From an uncultured Lachnospiraceae bacterium (GTDB taxonomy: Bacteria > Bacillota > Clostridia > Lachnospirales > Lachnospiraceae): a DNA stretch of 42,078 bases. The DNA lies in contig CAMWUP010000001.1 in the NCBI GenBank assembly GCA_947177465.1, forward strand, positions 1 through 42,078, in the 5' to 3' direction. This document shows, piece by piece, positions 1 to 10,637 of this stretch. The notes beneath the pieces are model-generated. The model had not been told where the DNA came from. It was given only the letters and a program-made list of their open reading frames with translations, and made no database searches. Numbering within the stretch: the first letter of the stretch is position 1; each line of letters begins with the position of its first letter. A program made the translations under genes and the position numbers.

Positions 1-94
1 CCGGCTCCACACGTTCAAAAAATTCTTCAATCCACGCAGTATTCAAGGCAACAAAATCCTGTGCATCTCGGCGGTCATAATCTATTATCTCCAT
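1..94 (-). CDS. 5' part of a probable GNAT acetyltransferase (runs off the window), divergent from LysR
   Basis: Minus strand reads MEIIDYDRRDAQDFVALNTAWIEEFFERVEP from ATG at 94 with AAGGAGG RBS; resembles GNAT N-termini. Confidence 0.6.
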   Translation of the reverse strand, partial: MEIIDYDRRDAQDFVALNTAWIEEFFERVEP

Positions 95-245
95 GGTAAT
101 ACCTCCTTCATATACAGTTTCATTTGCTGTCGTGTGACGGGAGAGGAGAGTACTTGTTTTTCCTTTTGTTTTAGTATATACTTTGATTTGATATTAGTAA
201 AATAAAAATATCTAATAGAAATATAAGAAAAAGTGAAGTGATGTC

Positions 246-1115
246 ATGAAACGTTACCTGGCACTCCGAAAAATAGTAGAAATGGGAAGCTTTTCGAGGG
301 CGGCCGAAGCTCTGGGGTATACCCAGTCGGCGTTAAGTCAGATGATTGCATCGTTAGAAGAGGAATTGGCAATCAAATTGTTGAACCGTTTTCGGACAGG
401 CACACAGTTGACCTTGGAAGGAGAAAAGCTATATCCCTATATTGAGCAGACGATTAACGATTACTTTTTTATGCAGGAAAAAGTGAAGGAAATCCGCGGA
501 CTGGACACGGGAGTCATCCGCATGGGGACATTGGCAAGTATCTCGGCGCACTGGCTGCCCCGGATATTGAAGGGGTTTCAGGAGATATACCCGGGGGTGG
601 AGTTTGTGATACATCAGGGGGACTACACATCCATTCAAAATTGGATTAAAACAGGAGCAGTGGATTTCGGGTTTGTCAATCCCGCTGCCGTCAACGGTCT
701 AAAGACGGTTGTGTTAAAGAAAGGAATTATGCTCGCGGTTCTGCCCGAGGACCATAAGCTTGCCCAAAAGGAAACGGTTTCGCTGCAGGATATGGCAGAC
801 GAGCCCTTTATCCTTTTGGAGGAAGGACATTATTATGAACCTTTGGAGGCGTTTTCGCTGATTGGCAGGCGGCCTGATATAAAGTATACCATACATGACG
901 ATTATGCGGTTATGACTATGGTGGAAGCAGGATTGGGAATCAGCATGCTGGCTGAACTGGTGCTGCACCGGACAAATTACAGGATTGCCCTGCGGAAGAC
1001 GGACCCGTCAGTTTACCGGACTATCGCAATCGGGTACAAGGACAGCCGGAGTCTTCCGATTGCCTGCAGGCGGTTTATCGAGTATCTGCAGGCGCACCTA
1101 TCGGAATTGCCATGA
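246..1115 (+). CDS. LysR-family transcriptional regulator
   Basis: N-terminal GSFSRAAEALGYTQSALSQMIASLEEEL HTH; MVEAGLGIS motif; 289 aa. Confidence 0.95.
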   Translation: MKRYLALRKIVEMGSFSRAAEALGYTQSALSQMIASLEEELAIKLLNRFRTGTQLTLEGEKLYPYIEQTINDYFFMQEKVKEIRGLDTGVIRMGTLASISAHWLPRILKGFQEIYPGVEFVIHQGDYTSIQNWIKTGAVDFGFVNPAAVNGLKTVVLKKGIMLAVLPEDHKLAQKETVSLQDMADEPFILLEEGHYYEPLEAFSLIGRRPDIKYTIHDDYAVMTMVEAGLGISMLAELVLHRTNYRIALRKTDPSVYRTIAIGYKDSRSLPIACRRFIEYLQAHLSELP

Positions 1116-1147
1116 AATCTACTCATGACGGAAACGGAGATAGCAAT

Positions 1148-1675
1148 ATGCATATTGAAACACAGAGAATTCTTATTCGGGATTTTAGGCTAGAGGATGC
1201 TGCGGATTTATACGAAATTCTCGGCGACAGTGAAACTATGGCGCACTGCGAGCCGCCATACAGCTTTGAAAAAACCAAGAACTTTCTGGCTGAATTCTGC
1301 ATCGGCAGAAAGGGCGCGTTTGCAGCCGTTCATAAAGAAAGCGGTAAAGTCGTCGGCTATATCCTCTTTCACTCTGTAGAGGAAGCGATTTACGAAATCG
1401 GCTGGTTTTTTAATAAACAATATTGGGGAAAGGGCTACGCCTGCGAATCCTGCTCTCAGGTGATGGCATATGCCTTTGGAGAACTGCACGCCCACAAAAT
1501 CTTTGCCGAATCAACAGACACCGCCAAATCCGTCCCCCTAATGCAAAAACTCGGCATGAAGCCAGAAGGGATTCAACGCAGCCACACAAGAGACAATGAC
1601 GGGAACTGGGCAGACCTGTACCTTTACGGCTTACTGAAAGAAGAATTGTCTTGTGAAAAAAATATCATAAAATGA
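1148..1675 (+). CDS. GNAT N-acetyltransferase, RimJ/RimL type
   Basis: IETQRILIR, EIGWFFNKQYWGKGYA, KLGMKPEG; start moved to MHIETQR behind GGAGA. Confidence 0.9.
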   Translation: MHIETQRILIRDFRLEDAADLYEILGDSETMAHCEPPYSFEKTKNFLAEFCIGRKGAFAAVHKESGKVVGYILFHSVEEAIYEIGWFFNKQYWGKGYACESCSQVMAYAFGELHAHKIFAESTDTAKSVPLMQKLGMKPEGIQRSHTRDNDGNWADLYLYGLLKEELSCEKNIIK

Positions 1676-1729
1676 TTGAAAATCATATGGAAATGGATTA
1701 AAATAGAGGAAATGTTAGGAGGTAGATTC

Positions 1730-2704
1730 ATGGCAGACCAGGTAAAGACAATAGCTGTACTGACAAGCGGAGGCGATGCGCCCGGCATGAACGCTGCAAT
1801 CCGTGCGGTAGTGCGTACGGCGATTGCCAGAGGATTAAAGGTAAAAGGCATTGAAAGAGGCTATATGGGGCTCTTGAATGAAGAAATCATAGATATGGAA
1901 ACTCATAACGTTTCTGACATTATCCAGAAGGGCGGAACGATTCTGGGAACGGCAAGGTGTCCTGAATTCAAATTTCCCGATGTACAGCAGAAGGGTGCTG
2001 ATATCTGCAAAAAGCACGGAATTGACGGTCTGGTGGTGATTGGCGGAGACGGTTCCTATCGCGGCGCGCAGGCGCTGGCAAGGCTGGGCATCAATGCAAT
2101 CGGTCTTCCGGGCACGATAGATTTGGATATTGCATGTACCGATTATACCATCGGTTTTGATACGGCTATCAACACCGCTATGGAAGCGATTGATAAGGTG
2201 CGTGATACTTCTTCCTCCCATGAGCGCTGCAGCGTGATTGAGGTTATGGGACGCCACGCAGGTTATATCGCGCTGTGGTGCGGTATTGCGAATGGTGCAG
2301 AGGATATTCTGCTCCCTGAAAATTACGATTATAACGAGCAGGCGATTATCAATAATATTATCGAAAAGCGTAAGATGGGCAAGAAGCATCATATTATCAT
2401 CAATGCAGAGGGCATTGGACACTCCAATTCCATGGCAAAGAGAATTGAGGCGGCAACCGGCATTGAGACTCGTGCCACGATTCTGGGGCACATGCAGCGC
2501 GGCGGCAGTCCGACCTGTAAGGACCGCTACTATGCCTCCATTATGGGTGCATATGCGGTAGACCTCCTGATGGAGGGCAAGACCAAGCGCGTGGTGGGCT
2601 ACAGACACGGAGAGTTTACGGATTTCGATATTGAAGAGGCGCTTTCCATGACCAAGAATATTCCGGAATATTCATTTGAAATCAGCAAATTGCTGGCAAA
2701 ATAG
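1730..2704 (+). CDS. pfkA: 6-phosphofructokinase
   Basis: TSGGDAPGMN, GGDGS, PGTIDLD, EVMGR, GHMQRGG; AGGAGG RBS before ATG 1730. Confidence 0.97.
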   Translation: MADQVKTIAVLTSGGDAPGMNAAIRAVVRTAIARGLKVKGIERGYMGLLNEEIIDMETHNVSDIIQKGGTILGTARCPEFKFPDVQQKGADICKKHGIDGLVVIGGDGSYRGAQALARLGINAIGLPGTIDLDIACTDYTIGFDTAINTAMEAIDKVRDTSSSHERCSVIEVMGRHAGYIALWCGIANGAEDILLPENYDYNEQAIINNIIEKRKMGKKHHIIINAEGIGHSNSMAKRIEAATGIETRATILGHMQRGGSPTCKDRYYASIMGAYAVDLLMEGKTKRVVGYRHGEFTDFDIEEALSMTKNIPEYSFEISKLLAK

Positions 2705-2851
2705 CCGTTTGCCAATCAATAACAGATAGACAAGGATAAAAGACAGAGTCCCGGCAGCCCGCAGAAGGGTTTACCGGGGCTTTTGATAATCAGAAGCATG
2801 GGACATATCGCGGGAGGTGACCTGCGTATGCGGAAAGGCAGTGAATCGGAT

Positions 2852-3661
2852 ATGATAACAAGTACGGCAAATCAGAGGGTGAAGCAGCTTGTGCAGTGGC
2901 AGTCTGATGCAAAGGCAAGGCGGCGTGACGGCGTGTTTGTGGCAGAGGGCATAAAAATGCTGGAGGAAGCGCCTGCGGATATGATTCGTGAAATATATCT
3001 TACGGAAGAATTGGAAAAAAGACTGCAAAGTAGTAAAAACGAAAAAGAACAGGCGCTGTTTTATAAAATCTGTCAGAGCGGCTATGAAACGTTTTCTTCG
3101 GAGGTGATGAAGAAGGCGGCTGATACCAAAACGCCGCAGGGTGTGCTTGCTGTGCTGGAAAGGCCAGCCTACGAAAAGGAAGAGCTGCTTGCCGTAAGAG
3201 ATGGTTTTTTTCTTGTAGTAGAGGGTTTGCAGGACCCCGGCAATCTGGGGACGATAATCAGAACCGGAGAGGGTGCCGGTGTGAATGGCATTTTTTTGTC
3301 GAAAAGCACCGTGGATATCTATAATCCCAAGACAATCCGCTCTACCATGGGCTCTATCTACAGAGTACCTTTTTTATATGTTGAAAGTCTTACAGATTTG
3401 CTGCGGGAAATGAAAGAAAAAGAAATTGCCGTTTATGCGGCGCACTTAGAGGGAGAAGCTTATTACGACAGCTTTTCCTTTCAGAAGGGATGCGCTTTCC
3501 TGATTGGAAATGAGGGAAAGGGCCTTTGCAGAGAAATTGCGGACGCGGCGGATTTTTATTTGAAAATACCCATGGAGGGAAACGTAGAATCCTTAAATGC
3601 CGCAGTTGCGGCGGCACTGTTGCTGTATGAGGTGCACAGACAAAGGAAAGGAAGGTGCTGA
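2852..3661 (+). CDS. TrmH/SpoU family RNA methyltransferase
   Basis: QDPGNLGTIIRT, IGNEGKG, ESLNAAVA SPOUT motifs; start MITSTAN. Confidence 0.93.
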   Translation: MITSTANQRVKQLVQWQSDAKARRRDGVFVAEGIKMLEEAPADMIREIYLTEELEKRLQSSKNEKEQALFYKICQSGYETFSSEVMKKAADTKTPQGVLAVLERPAYEKEELLAVRDGFFLVVEGLQDPGNLGTIIRTGEGAGVNGIFLSKSTVDIYNPKTIRSTMGSIYRVPFLYVESLTDLLREMKEKEIAVYAAHLEGEAYYDSFSFQKGCAFLIGNEGKGLCREIADAADFYLKIPMEGNVESLNAAVAAALLLYEVHRQRKGRC

Positions 3662-3662
3662 A

Positions 3663-4457
3663 TTGAAAATCGGATTTATCGGACTTGGGAATATGGCAGG
3701 AGCAATGATTGGCGGTATGCTGAAAAGGAAGCTGGTGGAGCCTGACGAGATTATCGGTTCTGCTAAAACGCAGGCAACGCTTAAGCGCAGCAGGGAAACC
3801 TATGGCATAGAGGTATCGGACGACAATGCTGTGGTGGCAGCCGCCGCAGATATCCTCTTTTTGGCTGTAAAACCGGTGTTTTTTTCGGAGGTGATTGCGG
3901 AAATTAAAGCGGCAGTCAGACCGCAGACCATAGTAATCAGCATTGCGGCGGGAAAGACGATGGCATGGATTGAGGAGGCTTTCGGGCGGGAAATAAAATT
4001 GATACGCTGTATGCCGAATACGCCGGCGCTTGTGCTGGAGGGCTGTACTGCTTTTGTGCGGGGCGGGCTGGTTTCGGATGCGGAGATGGAAGCAGCAGAA
4101 AGGCTGCTGTCCGCATTTGGGACGGTATGGGAGGTTCCCGAGCGTATGATGGACGCGGTAGTTGGCGTGAGCGGAAGCTCACCGGCATATGTATTTATGT
4201 TTATTGAGGCGATGGCGGATGCGGCGGTGCTGGCAGGACTGCCGCGAAAACAGGCGTACGCCATGGCTGCGCAGTCCGTGCTCGGCAGCGCAAAAATGGT
4301 GCTGGAAACCGGCATGCATCCGGCTGAGCTGAAGGATATGGTGTGTTCCCCGGGCGGCACCACCATTGAGGCGGTAAAGGCGCTTGAGGAAGGCGGCATG
4401 CGTGCTGCGGTCATGGACGCCATGCAAGCGTGCATCGAAAAATCGAGGAGCCTGTAG
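3663..4457 (+). CDS. proC: Pyrroline-5-carboxylate reductase
   Basis: IGFIGLGNMA, RCMPNTP, SGSSPAY, VCSPGGTT; TTG start. Confidence 0.95.
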   Translation: MKIGFIGLGNMAGAMIGGMLKRKLVEPDEIIGSAKTQATLKRSRETYGIEVSDDNAVVAAAADILFLAVKPVFFSEVIAEIKAAVRPQTIVISIAAGKTMAWIEEAFGREIKLIRCMPNTPALVLEGCTAFVRGGLVSDAEMEAAERLLSAFGTVWEVPERMMDAVVGVSGSSPAYVFMFIEAMADAAVLAGLPRKQAYAMAAQSVLGSAKMVLETGMHPAELKDMVCSPGGTTIEAVKALEEGGMRAAVMDAMQACIEKSRSL

Positions 4458-4497
4458 TTGCGCAAAGTATGAAAAATTGAATGAAAAATCCCAAAAC

Positions 4498-4526
4498 TTG
4501 ACAAAATTTAAATCCTCTGTTATCAT
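4498..4526 (+). promoter_or_regulatory. Sigma-A-like promoter
   Basis: TTGACA-17 bp-TATCAT with TG extension. Confidence 0.6.
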
Positions 4527-4532
4527 TACTTT

Positions 4533-4589
4533 TGTAATAAATGTAATAAAATTGTAATAAATGTAATGAAATCGGTATATTCTTATAAT
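4533..4589 (+). promoter_or_regulatory. WalR-like direct-repeat boxes and a second -10
   Basis: TGTAAT at 4533, 4542, 4553, 4562; TGTAAT-N5-TGTAAT at 4542-4558; TATAAT at 4584. Confidence 0.6.
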
Positions 4590-4633
4590 AATCAGGACAC
4601 ACTGATATCAATTTGCATTTGGAGGTAAAGAAA

Positions 4634-5713
4634 ATGGCAAGAGGCAGAAGGCTGCCTGCATTGTTTACTGCACTGGTTATAGCGGCGGTGTTTTTTTACA
4701 ATACAGGCATGATTGCGGAAGCTGGCAGCGTGAAAAATTACCTGAACGATTTTAACGGAGGGGCATCGGCGATTTTAGACCCGGGTGCAACGAACGCATC
4801 AGAGATCATAAATGCCAGGGCGCAGGAGTGGAATATAGATTTGACTGCTACGGAAAAGGAAGAAGAATCCACACTGGTTATGGCCAATGTCAGCAACGCA
4901 TTAAATGTCCGCACAGAGCCGAATACGGAAGCGGAGAAGGTCGGAAAGCTGTATAAAGACTGCGGCGGCACTATTTTGGAGAGAGAAAATGGCTGGACAT
5001 TGCTTCAGTCGGGAGATGTCATAGGCTGGGCAAGCGACGAGTATCTTTTATTTGGAGAGGAAGCAGAGGAGCTTGCAGCCAGTGTCGGCGTGACGGTTGC
5101 GCACATCGACGACGGGCTGAAGGTAAGAAAAGAGCCCAGTCTGGAGGCGGATGTATACGGCGTACTGCCCAAGGGAGATGCGGTCGAAGTGCTTTATGTC
5201 GGCGAGGACGGCTGGGCATGTATCGACTATGAAGGCTCGGACGGATATGTTTCCACGGATTATATTACAATCGAGTTTAAGCTTGATGCAGGCGAAACCA
5301 TGGAGGCAATCAAGGAGCGTGAAGCGGCGGAGGCGGAGGCCAAACGTCATGTAAACTATGGCGCATACACCACCGATGCAGACACTACCCTGCTTCTGGC
5401 AGCACTGATTCAGTGCGAGGCAGGCGGCGAGTCCTACGAGGGACAGCTTGCGGTAGGTGCGGTTGTCATGAACCGTGTGCGGAGCGCTGCATATCCTGAT
5501 ACGATTCACGGCGTTATCTATGCTTCGGGACAGTTTACGCCCGCGCAGAGCGGCAAGGTCAACAGAGTGCTGGAATCCGGAAGAATCAGTCAGAGCTGCA
5601 TTGACGCGGCAACGGAGGCGATTTCAGGCGTATCCAACGTGGGAGACTTGACGCATTTCAGGCGTAATAACGGGCGCGAAGGACTTGTAATCGGCAATCA
5701 TGTATTCTATTAA
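4634..5713 (+). CDS. Secreted cell wall hydrolase, two SH3b domains plus SleB/Hydrolase_2 domain
   Basis: Signal peptide; LNVRTEP and LKVRKEP SH3b repeats; EAGGE..GQLAVGAVVMNR..YPDTI..GQF..IGNHVF. Confidence 0.92.
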   Translation: MARGRRLPALFTALVIAAVFFYNTGMIAEAGSVKNYLNDFNGGASAILDPGATNASEIINARAQEWNIDLTATEKEEESTLVMANVSNALNVRTEPNTEAEKVGKLYKDCGGTILERENGWTLLQSGDVIGWASDEYLLFGEEAEELAASVGVTVAHIDDGLKVRKEPSLEADVYGVLPKGDAVEVLYVGEDGWACIDYEGSDGYVSTDYITIEFKLDAGETMEAIKEREAAEAEAKRHVNYGAYTTDADTTLLLAALIQCEAGGESYEGQLAVGAVVMNRVRSAAYPDTIHGVIYASGQFTPAQSGKVNRVLESGRISQSCIDAATEAISGVSNVGDLTHFRRNNGREGLVIGNHVFY

Positions 5714-5716
5714 AGC

Positions 5717-5747
5717 AAAGGGGACGGCACGGCGCCGTCCCCCTTTT
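5717..5747 (+). terminator. Intrinsic terminator
   Basis: GGGGACGGC/GCCGTCCCC stem followed by CTTTT. Confidence 0.8.
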
Positions 5748-5871
5748 ATCGTGCGGGAATCACGATTATAATTTTGGATATAATGCAAATAAAATGGTTG
5801 CCGCGCGAGGAGAGCTGTAGTAAGATAGGGGTAGATAAAAAGAAAAAGGTTTTAAGAAAGGGGGCAGTAAG

Positions 5872-6324
5872 ATGTCAGACCTATTGGATAATATGTTGTT
5901 TGTATGGCTGGTGCTTTTGATTGCGTTTATTGTCATTGAGCTTGCAACCATGGGATTGACCACCATCTGGTTTGCGGGAGGCGCCCTGCTTGCGGCAATA
6001 GCGGCGGTGCTGCATGCGCCTTTGGTGATACAGGTTGCCTTGTTCCTGATAGTTTCCATACTTCTGCTGTTCTTTACCCGCCCGATAGCGGTCAGGTATT
6101 TTAATAAGGATCGTATTAAGACGAATGTGGAGAGTATGGTGGGCAGACAGGCGATTGTCATCAGTGAGATTGACAATTTGGAAGGAATCGGACAGGTAAC
6201 GGTGAGCGGTCAGGAGTGGACGGCCCGAAGCATGGACGAGGGTCAGAAAATAGCAGTCGGCACAGTGGTACTGGTGCGTGCGATTAGCGGCGTAAAACTG
6301 ATTGTGGAGCCCAGACAAATGTAA
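5872..6324 (+). CDS. NfeD-family membrane protein
   Basis: Hydrophobic N-half, GQVTVSGQEWTARS OB-fold; upstream of SPFH gene. Confidence 0.9.
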   Translation: MSDLLDNMLFVWLVLLIAFIVIELATMGLTTIWFAGGALLAAIAAVLHAPLVIQVALFLIVSILLLFFTRPIAVRYFNKDRIKTNVESMVGRQAIVISEIDNLEGIGQVTVSGQEWTARSMDEGQKIAVGTVVLVRAISGVKLIVEPRQM

Positions 6325-6393
6325 AAAGGAAAGATAACTGCAGGAGCTTCGTCCTGGAGTTACGGAATAAAAGAAAGAGAGGAAATAAAACAA

Positions 6394-7311
6394 ATGGAAT
6401 GGATTATCATTATTCTGATTGCGCTGCTTTTGGTGATACTGATTTCCTGTATCAAGATTGTACCGCAGGCACAGGCGTATGTGGTAGAACGTCTTGGCGC
6501 ATATCAGGGAACATGGTCAGTAGGTCTCCATATTAAGGTGCCCTTTCTTGACAGAGTTGCCAGAAGAGTAAACTTAAAGGAGCAGGTTGCGGATTTTCCG
6601 CCCCAGCCGGTTATCACAAAGGATAACGTAACCATGAGAATAGATACGGTGGTGTTTTATCAGATAACAGACCCCAGACTCTTTACTTATGGTGTGGAAA
6701 ATCCCATGATGGCAATTGAAAACCTGACGGCGACCACCCTGCGTAACATCATCGGTGAGCTGGAGCTGGATCAGACCCTTACTTCCCGCGAGACCATCAA
6801 CACCAAGATGCGCGCAGCACTGGATATTGCGACTGACCCCTGGGGCATCAAGGTAAACCGCGTAGAGCTTAAGAATATCATTCCTCCTGCAGAGATTCAG
6901 AATGCGATGGAGAGACAGATGAAGGCAGAGCGCGAAAGACGTGAGGCTGTAACAAGGGCAGAAGGCGAAAAGAAAGCCAATATTCTGGTAGCAGAAGGTG
7001 AAAAGGCATCTGCAATCCTGCGTGCCGAGGCTGAGAAGCAGTCTGCAATCCTGCGCGCTGAGGCTGAAAAGGAAAAGATGATTCGTGAGGCAGAAGGTGA
7101 AGCAGAGGCTATCTTAAAGGTACAGCAGGCAAATGCAGACGGTATCAAGATGCTGAAGGAGGCAGGCGCTGACGAAGCGGTGCTCAAGATTAAGAGCCTT
7201 GAAGCATTTGAGAAGGCCGCCGACGGCAAAGCAACCAAGATACTGCTTCCTGCAGACCTGCAGGGCATTGCATCCCTGGCGACTGCATTCAGGGAAGTAA
7301 GCGATAAATAA
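6394..7311 (+). CDS. SPFH/stomatin-like (QmcA-type) protein
   Basis: VITKDNV, TLRNIIG, PWGIKVNRVE, QMKAERERR coiled coil. Confidence 0.95.
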   Translation: MEWIIIILIALLLVILISCIKIVPQAQAYVVERLGAYQGTWSVGLHIKVPFLDRVARRVNLKEQVADFPPQPVITKDNVTMRIDTVVFYQITDPRLFTYGVENPMMAIENLTATTLRNIIGELELDQTLTSRETINTKMRAALDIATDPWGIKVNRVELKNIIPPAEIQNAMERQMKAERERREAVTRAEGEKKANILVAEGEKASAILRAEAEKQSAILRAEAEKEKMIREAEGEAEAILKVQQANADGIKMLKEAGADEAVLKIKSLEAFEKAADGKATKILLPADLQGIASLATAFREVSDK

Positions 7312-7350
7312 ACCCGCACGGACGAAAAAGGGTTGTCACAGTATATTATT

Positions 7351-7386
7351 CACTCGGAGTCTGCAAGTGCAGATTCCGAGTGTTTA
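7351..7386 (+). terminator. Long hairpin, probable terminator
   Basis: CACTCGGAGTCTGCA-AG-TGCAGATTCCGAGTG followed by TTTAT. Confidence 0.55.
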
Positions 7387-7421
7387 TGTAATTTCATGTG
7401 GAAAAGGAAAGGAGAAAAGTT

Positions 7422-8429
7422 ATGAACTTAAAAGGACGTGATTTATTAAAGCTGTTGGATTTTACACCGGAAGAGATTGAATATTTGATAAAGCTGGCGG
7501 CGGAGCTGAAGGAGAATAAGAAGAGCGGCAAGCCCTTAAGCCCCAGGACACAGCCGCTGTTAGATACGCTTGACAGAAAGCATATAGCGCTTATCTTTGA
7601 AAAGACAAGCACACGTACGCGTTGTGCCTTTGAGGTGGCGGCGCGTGATCTGGGCATAGCGACTACATATCTTGGACCGACCGATTCCCAGGTAGGCAAA
7701 AAGGAGAGCATAGCTGATACTGCGCGGGTGCTTGCCGGTATGTATGACGGTATCGAATACCGTGGTTTTGGACAGGATATTGTGGAGGAGCTTGCCGAAT
7801 ATGCAAATGTTCCGGTATGGAACGGACTTACCAACGAATACCATCCCACTCAGATGCTGGCGGATTTGCTGACCATCAAGGAGCATTTCGGGCGTCTGAA
7901 GGGGATTAAGCTGACCTACATGGGGGATGCACGTTACAATATGGGCAATTCCCTGATGGTGGCATGTGCAAAGATGGGCATGCATTATACCGCATGTACA
8001 GCAAAAGCGTATTTCCCTGATGAAAAACTGGTGGAGGAGTGTGAGACGATTGCACAGAAAACCGGCGCCAGCATTACCCTGACAGAGGATGTGGACGCAG
8101 GCACAAAGGACGCGGATGTGATATATACGGATGTCTGGGTTTCCATGGGTGAGCCGGACGAGGTGTGGGAGGAACGTATCAAAGCGCTCACGCCCTACAA
8201 GGTAGACAGAAAGGTTATGAGCAATGCGAAAAAACGGGCAATTTTTATGCACTGTCTGCCGGCGTTCCATGATTTAAAGACAACCACCGGAAAAGAGATG
8301 GGAGAAAAGTTTGACATCACGGAGATGGAGGTAACGGACGAAGTGTTTGAGTCTGCACAGTCCGTTGTGTTTGAAGAGGCAGAAAACCGTATGCACACCA
8401 TCAAGGCGGTTATGGCGGCGACGTTGTAA
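7422..8429 (+). CDS. argF: Ornithine carbamoyltransferase
   Basis: [31 protein letters not shown]. Confidence 0.95.
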   Translation: MNLKGRDLLKLLDFTPEEIEYLIKLAAELKENKKSGKPLSPRTQPLLDTLDRKHIALIFEKTSTRTRCAFEVAARDLGIATTYLGPTDSQVGKKESIADTARVLAGMYDGIEYRGFGQDIVEELAEYANVPVWNGLTNEYHPTQMLADLLTIKEHFGRLKGIKLTYMGDARYNMGNSLMVACAKMGMHYTACTAKAYFPDEKLVEECETIAQKTGASITLTEDVDAGTKDADVIYTDVWVSMGEPDEVWEERIKALTPYKVDRKVMSNAKKRAIFMHCLPAFHDLKTTTGKEMGEKFDITEMEVTDEVFESAQSVVFEEAENRMHTIKAVMAATL

Positions 8430-8454
8430 GAATTAGAGGATAAAGGGTATAGCT

Positions 8455-9435
8455 ATGAAAGCGGAAATACTTTCGTTTCTCAGAAAAACGGACGATTACA
8501 TTTCGGGACAGGAACTATGCGAGCGCTTTGGCGTGACGCGGGCGGCGGTCTGGAAGGTGATAAAGAGCTTGCAGCAGGAGGGATATGGGATTGAGGCGGT
8601 CACGGGAAGAGGCTACCGCCTGATTTCCCTGCCTGATATTTTTACTGCGGAGGAGCTGGAGAGCCGGATGTGCACCGAATGGGCGGGCAGAAAGCTTGTT
8701 TTTTATGAGAGCACGGGCTCGACCAACATACAGGCAAAGCTTCTGGCGGAAGAGGGTGCGCCCTCAGGGACGCTTGTAGTTGCGGAGCAGCAGACGCAAG
8801 GGCGCGGCAGGCGCGGCAGGACGTGGGCGTCTCCGGCAGGCAGAAACCTTTATTTCACCTTGCTTTTAAAGCCGGATTTTGTGCCGGACAAGGCTTCCAT
8901 GCTGACATTGGTGATGGCGATTGCAGTACAGAGCGCCATCACGGAGGTCTGCGGTATAAAGACCGGAATTAAATGGCCCAACGACATTGTGGTAAATGGA
9001 AAAAAGGTGACAGGAATCCTCACGGAAATGAGCGTGCAGGGGGAGTATATCCAGCATGTTGTTATCGGCGTGGGCATCAATGTCAAGGAGCAGGAATTTA
9101 TTCCGGAACTGGAAGGGAAAGCAGCGTCTCTGGAACAAGAGTTGGGCAGACAGGTTTCGCGGGCGGCTCTGTTAGAAAAAATCATGGAATTTTTTGAGGC
9201 AGACTATGCCCTTTTTACCCAAAAACAGAATTTGTCACTGTTGATGGAGGCGTACAATGCAGCGCTGGTCAACTGTGGCAGGGAAGTGCGTGTGCTTGAC
9301 CCGGCGGGCGAATATACGGGGATGGCGCAGGGCATCAACGAAAAGGGAGAGCTTTGTGTCAAAACCGCGGATGGAAAAGTGAAAAAGGTGTATGCCGGTG
9401 AGGTATCGGTAAGGGGTGTTTACGGGTATGTGTAA
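8455..9435 (+). CDS. birA: Bifunctional biotin ligase/repressor
   Basis: N-terminal HTH, GRGRRGRTW, KWPND, KVTGIL. Confidence 0.96.
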   Translation: MKAEILSFLRKTDDYISGQELCERFGVTRAAVWKVIKSLQQEGYGIEAVTGRGYRLISLPDIFTAEELESRMCTEWAGRKLVFYESTGSTNIQAKLLAEEGAPSGTLVVAEQQTQGRGRRGRTWASPAGRNLYFTLLLKPDFVPDKASMLTLVMAIAVQSAITEVCGIKTGIKWPNDIVVNGKKVTGILTEMSVQGEYIQHVVIGVGINVKEQEFIPELEGKAASLEQELGRQVSRAALLEKIMEFFEADYALFTQKQNLSLLMEAYNAALVNCGREVRVLDPAGEYTGMAQGINEKGELCVKTADGKVKKVYAGEVSVRGVYGYV

Positions 9436-9796
9436 AAAAGAAGAAACCGGCAAAATGGTGCTCTGCGGGGCGAGCGCTTATGAGATGAAGTATTATTTTA
9501 ACGAGGCCTTTAACGGACTTCCCGATTCCGTGAAGGAGGAACTGCATATTCTCTGTGTGCTGTTTACGGAGGAGGTTGGCGGTGTTTTCACGATTGCCTT
9601 TGAAGAGGATGGCAATGTGGTGCTCACAACCGATGCGGATGACGATGATATTTATTATGACGAAATCAGCAGCGGTCTGATGGTATCGCAAATCAGAAAC
9701 AAAAGACAAGAGCTGTTTGAGAGTCTGAGCCTGTATTACAGGGTATTTGTGCTTCATGAGAAGTACGAGGAGCTGTTTTGCGGCGTTGAAGAGTGA
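9428..9796 (+). CDS. Conserved hypothetical protein (DUF6145-like)
   Basis: VLCGASAYE.KYYFN..F..LP..VK.EL..LCVLFTEEVGG; located between birA and coaX. Confidence 0.7.
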   Translation: MCKKEETGKMVLCGASAYEMKYYFNEAFNGLPDSVKEELHILCVLFTEEVGGVFTIAFEEDGNVVLTTDADDDDIYYDEISSGLMVSQIRNKRQELFESLSLYYRVFVLHEKYEELFCGVEE

Positions 9797-9857
9797 CGCC
9801 GGAAATTTCTGAATATCACAAAATGGTTAGTGCTGCCCGGGCAGCGTGGAGGAAAAA

Positions 9858-10637
9858 ATGATTCTGGCAATAGATGTGGGAAATACAAATATCACCTGCG
9901 GCGTCTACGACGGGGAGACGCTTTCGGCAACATTCCGTATTACAACCAAGTTTCCGAGAACCTCGGATGAATACGGGATTACGCTGGCAGAGATGATGCG
10001 GATGAAGGGGATTGGCACGGAGCAAATCGAGGGCACGATTGTTGCCAGCGTGGTACCCGATGTAATGCATTCGCTGACAGGCGCGATTGTGCGGTATATG
10101 GGAAGCACGCCGCTGATTGTGGGACCGGGCGTCAAAACAGGCATCCGCGTCGTGACGGAGAATCCCCGTGCAATTGGCGCAGACCGTATTGTAGATGCGG
10201 TGGCTGCCTATGAAAAATACGGCGGACCGGCGTTGGTACTTGATTTCGGAACAGCGACCACCTATGATTTGGTGGGCAGGGACGGCAGCTTTGAGGCGGG
10301 AATCACAGCGCCCGGCGTCAGAATCAGCGCGGAGGCGATGTGGGAGCGGACGGCAATGCTTTCCAAGATAGAAATCAAGAAGCCGAAGTCCATCCTGGCG
10401 CAGGAGACCATCAGCAGTATGCAGGCAGGTCTTTTTTACGGGCAGATTGGACAGACGGAGTACATCATCAAGCGGGTGCGCGAGGAAAGCGGCTATGCGG
10501 ATTTGAAGGTGATTGCAACCGGCGGTTTGGGAAGGATTATATCGGACGAGACGGACAGCATTGATGTTTATGACAGCGCCCTTACGCTGGACGGACTGCG
10601 GATTATTTATGAGAAGAACAGGAAACAGGAGCATTGA
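9858..10637 (+). CDS. coaX: Type III pantothenate kinase
   Basis: [23 protein letters not shown]. Confidence 0.95.
   Translation: MILAIDVGNTNITCGVYDGETLSATFRITTKFPRTSDEYGITLAEMMRMKGIGTEQIEGTIVASVVPDVMHSLTGAIVRYMGSTPLIVGPGVKTGIRVVTENPRAIGADRIVDAVAAYEKYGGPALVLDFGTATTYDLVGRDGSFEAGITAPGVRISAEAMWERTAMLSKIEIKKPKSILAQETISSMQAGLFYGQIGQTEYIIKRVREESGYADLKVIATGGLGRIISDETDSIDVYDSALTLDGLRIIYEKNRKQEH

Noticed and set aside
7008-7070. Direct repeat TCTGCAATCCTGCG in the SPFH gene
   Set aside because: Ordinary coiled-coil SAILRAEAEK repeat
7337-7397. Possible ArgR box upstream of argF
   Set aside because: Only a half-site-like match (TATTATTCACT); too weak to call
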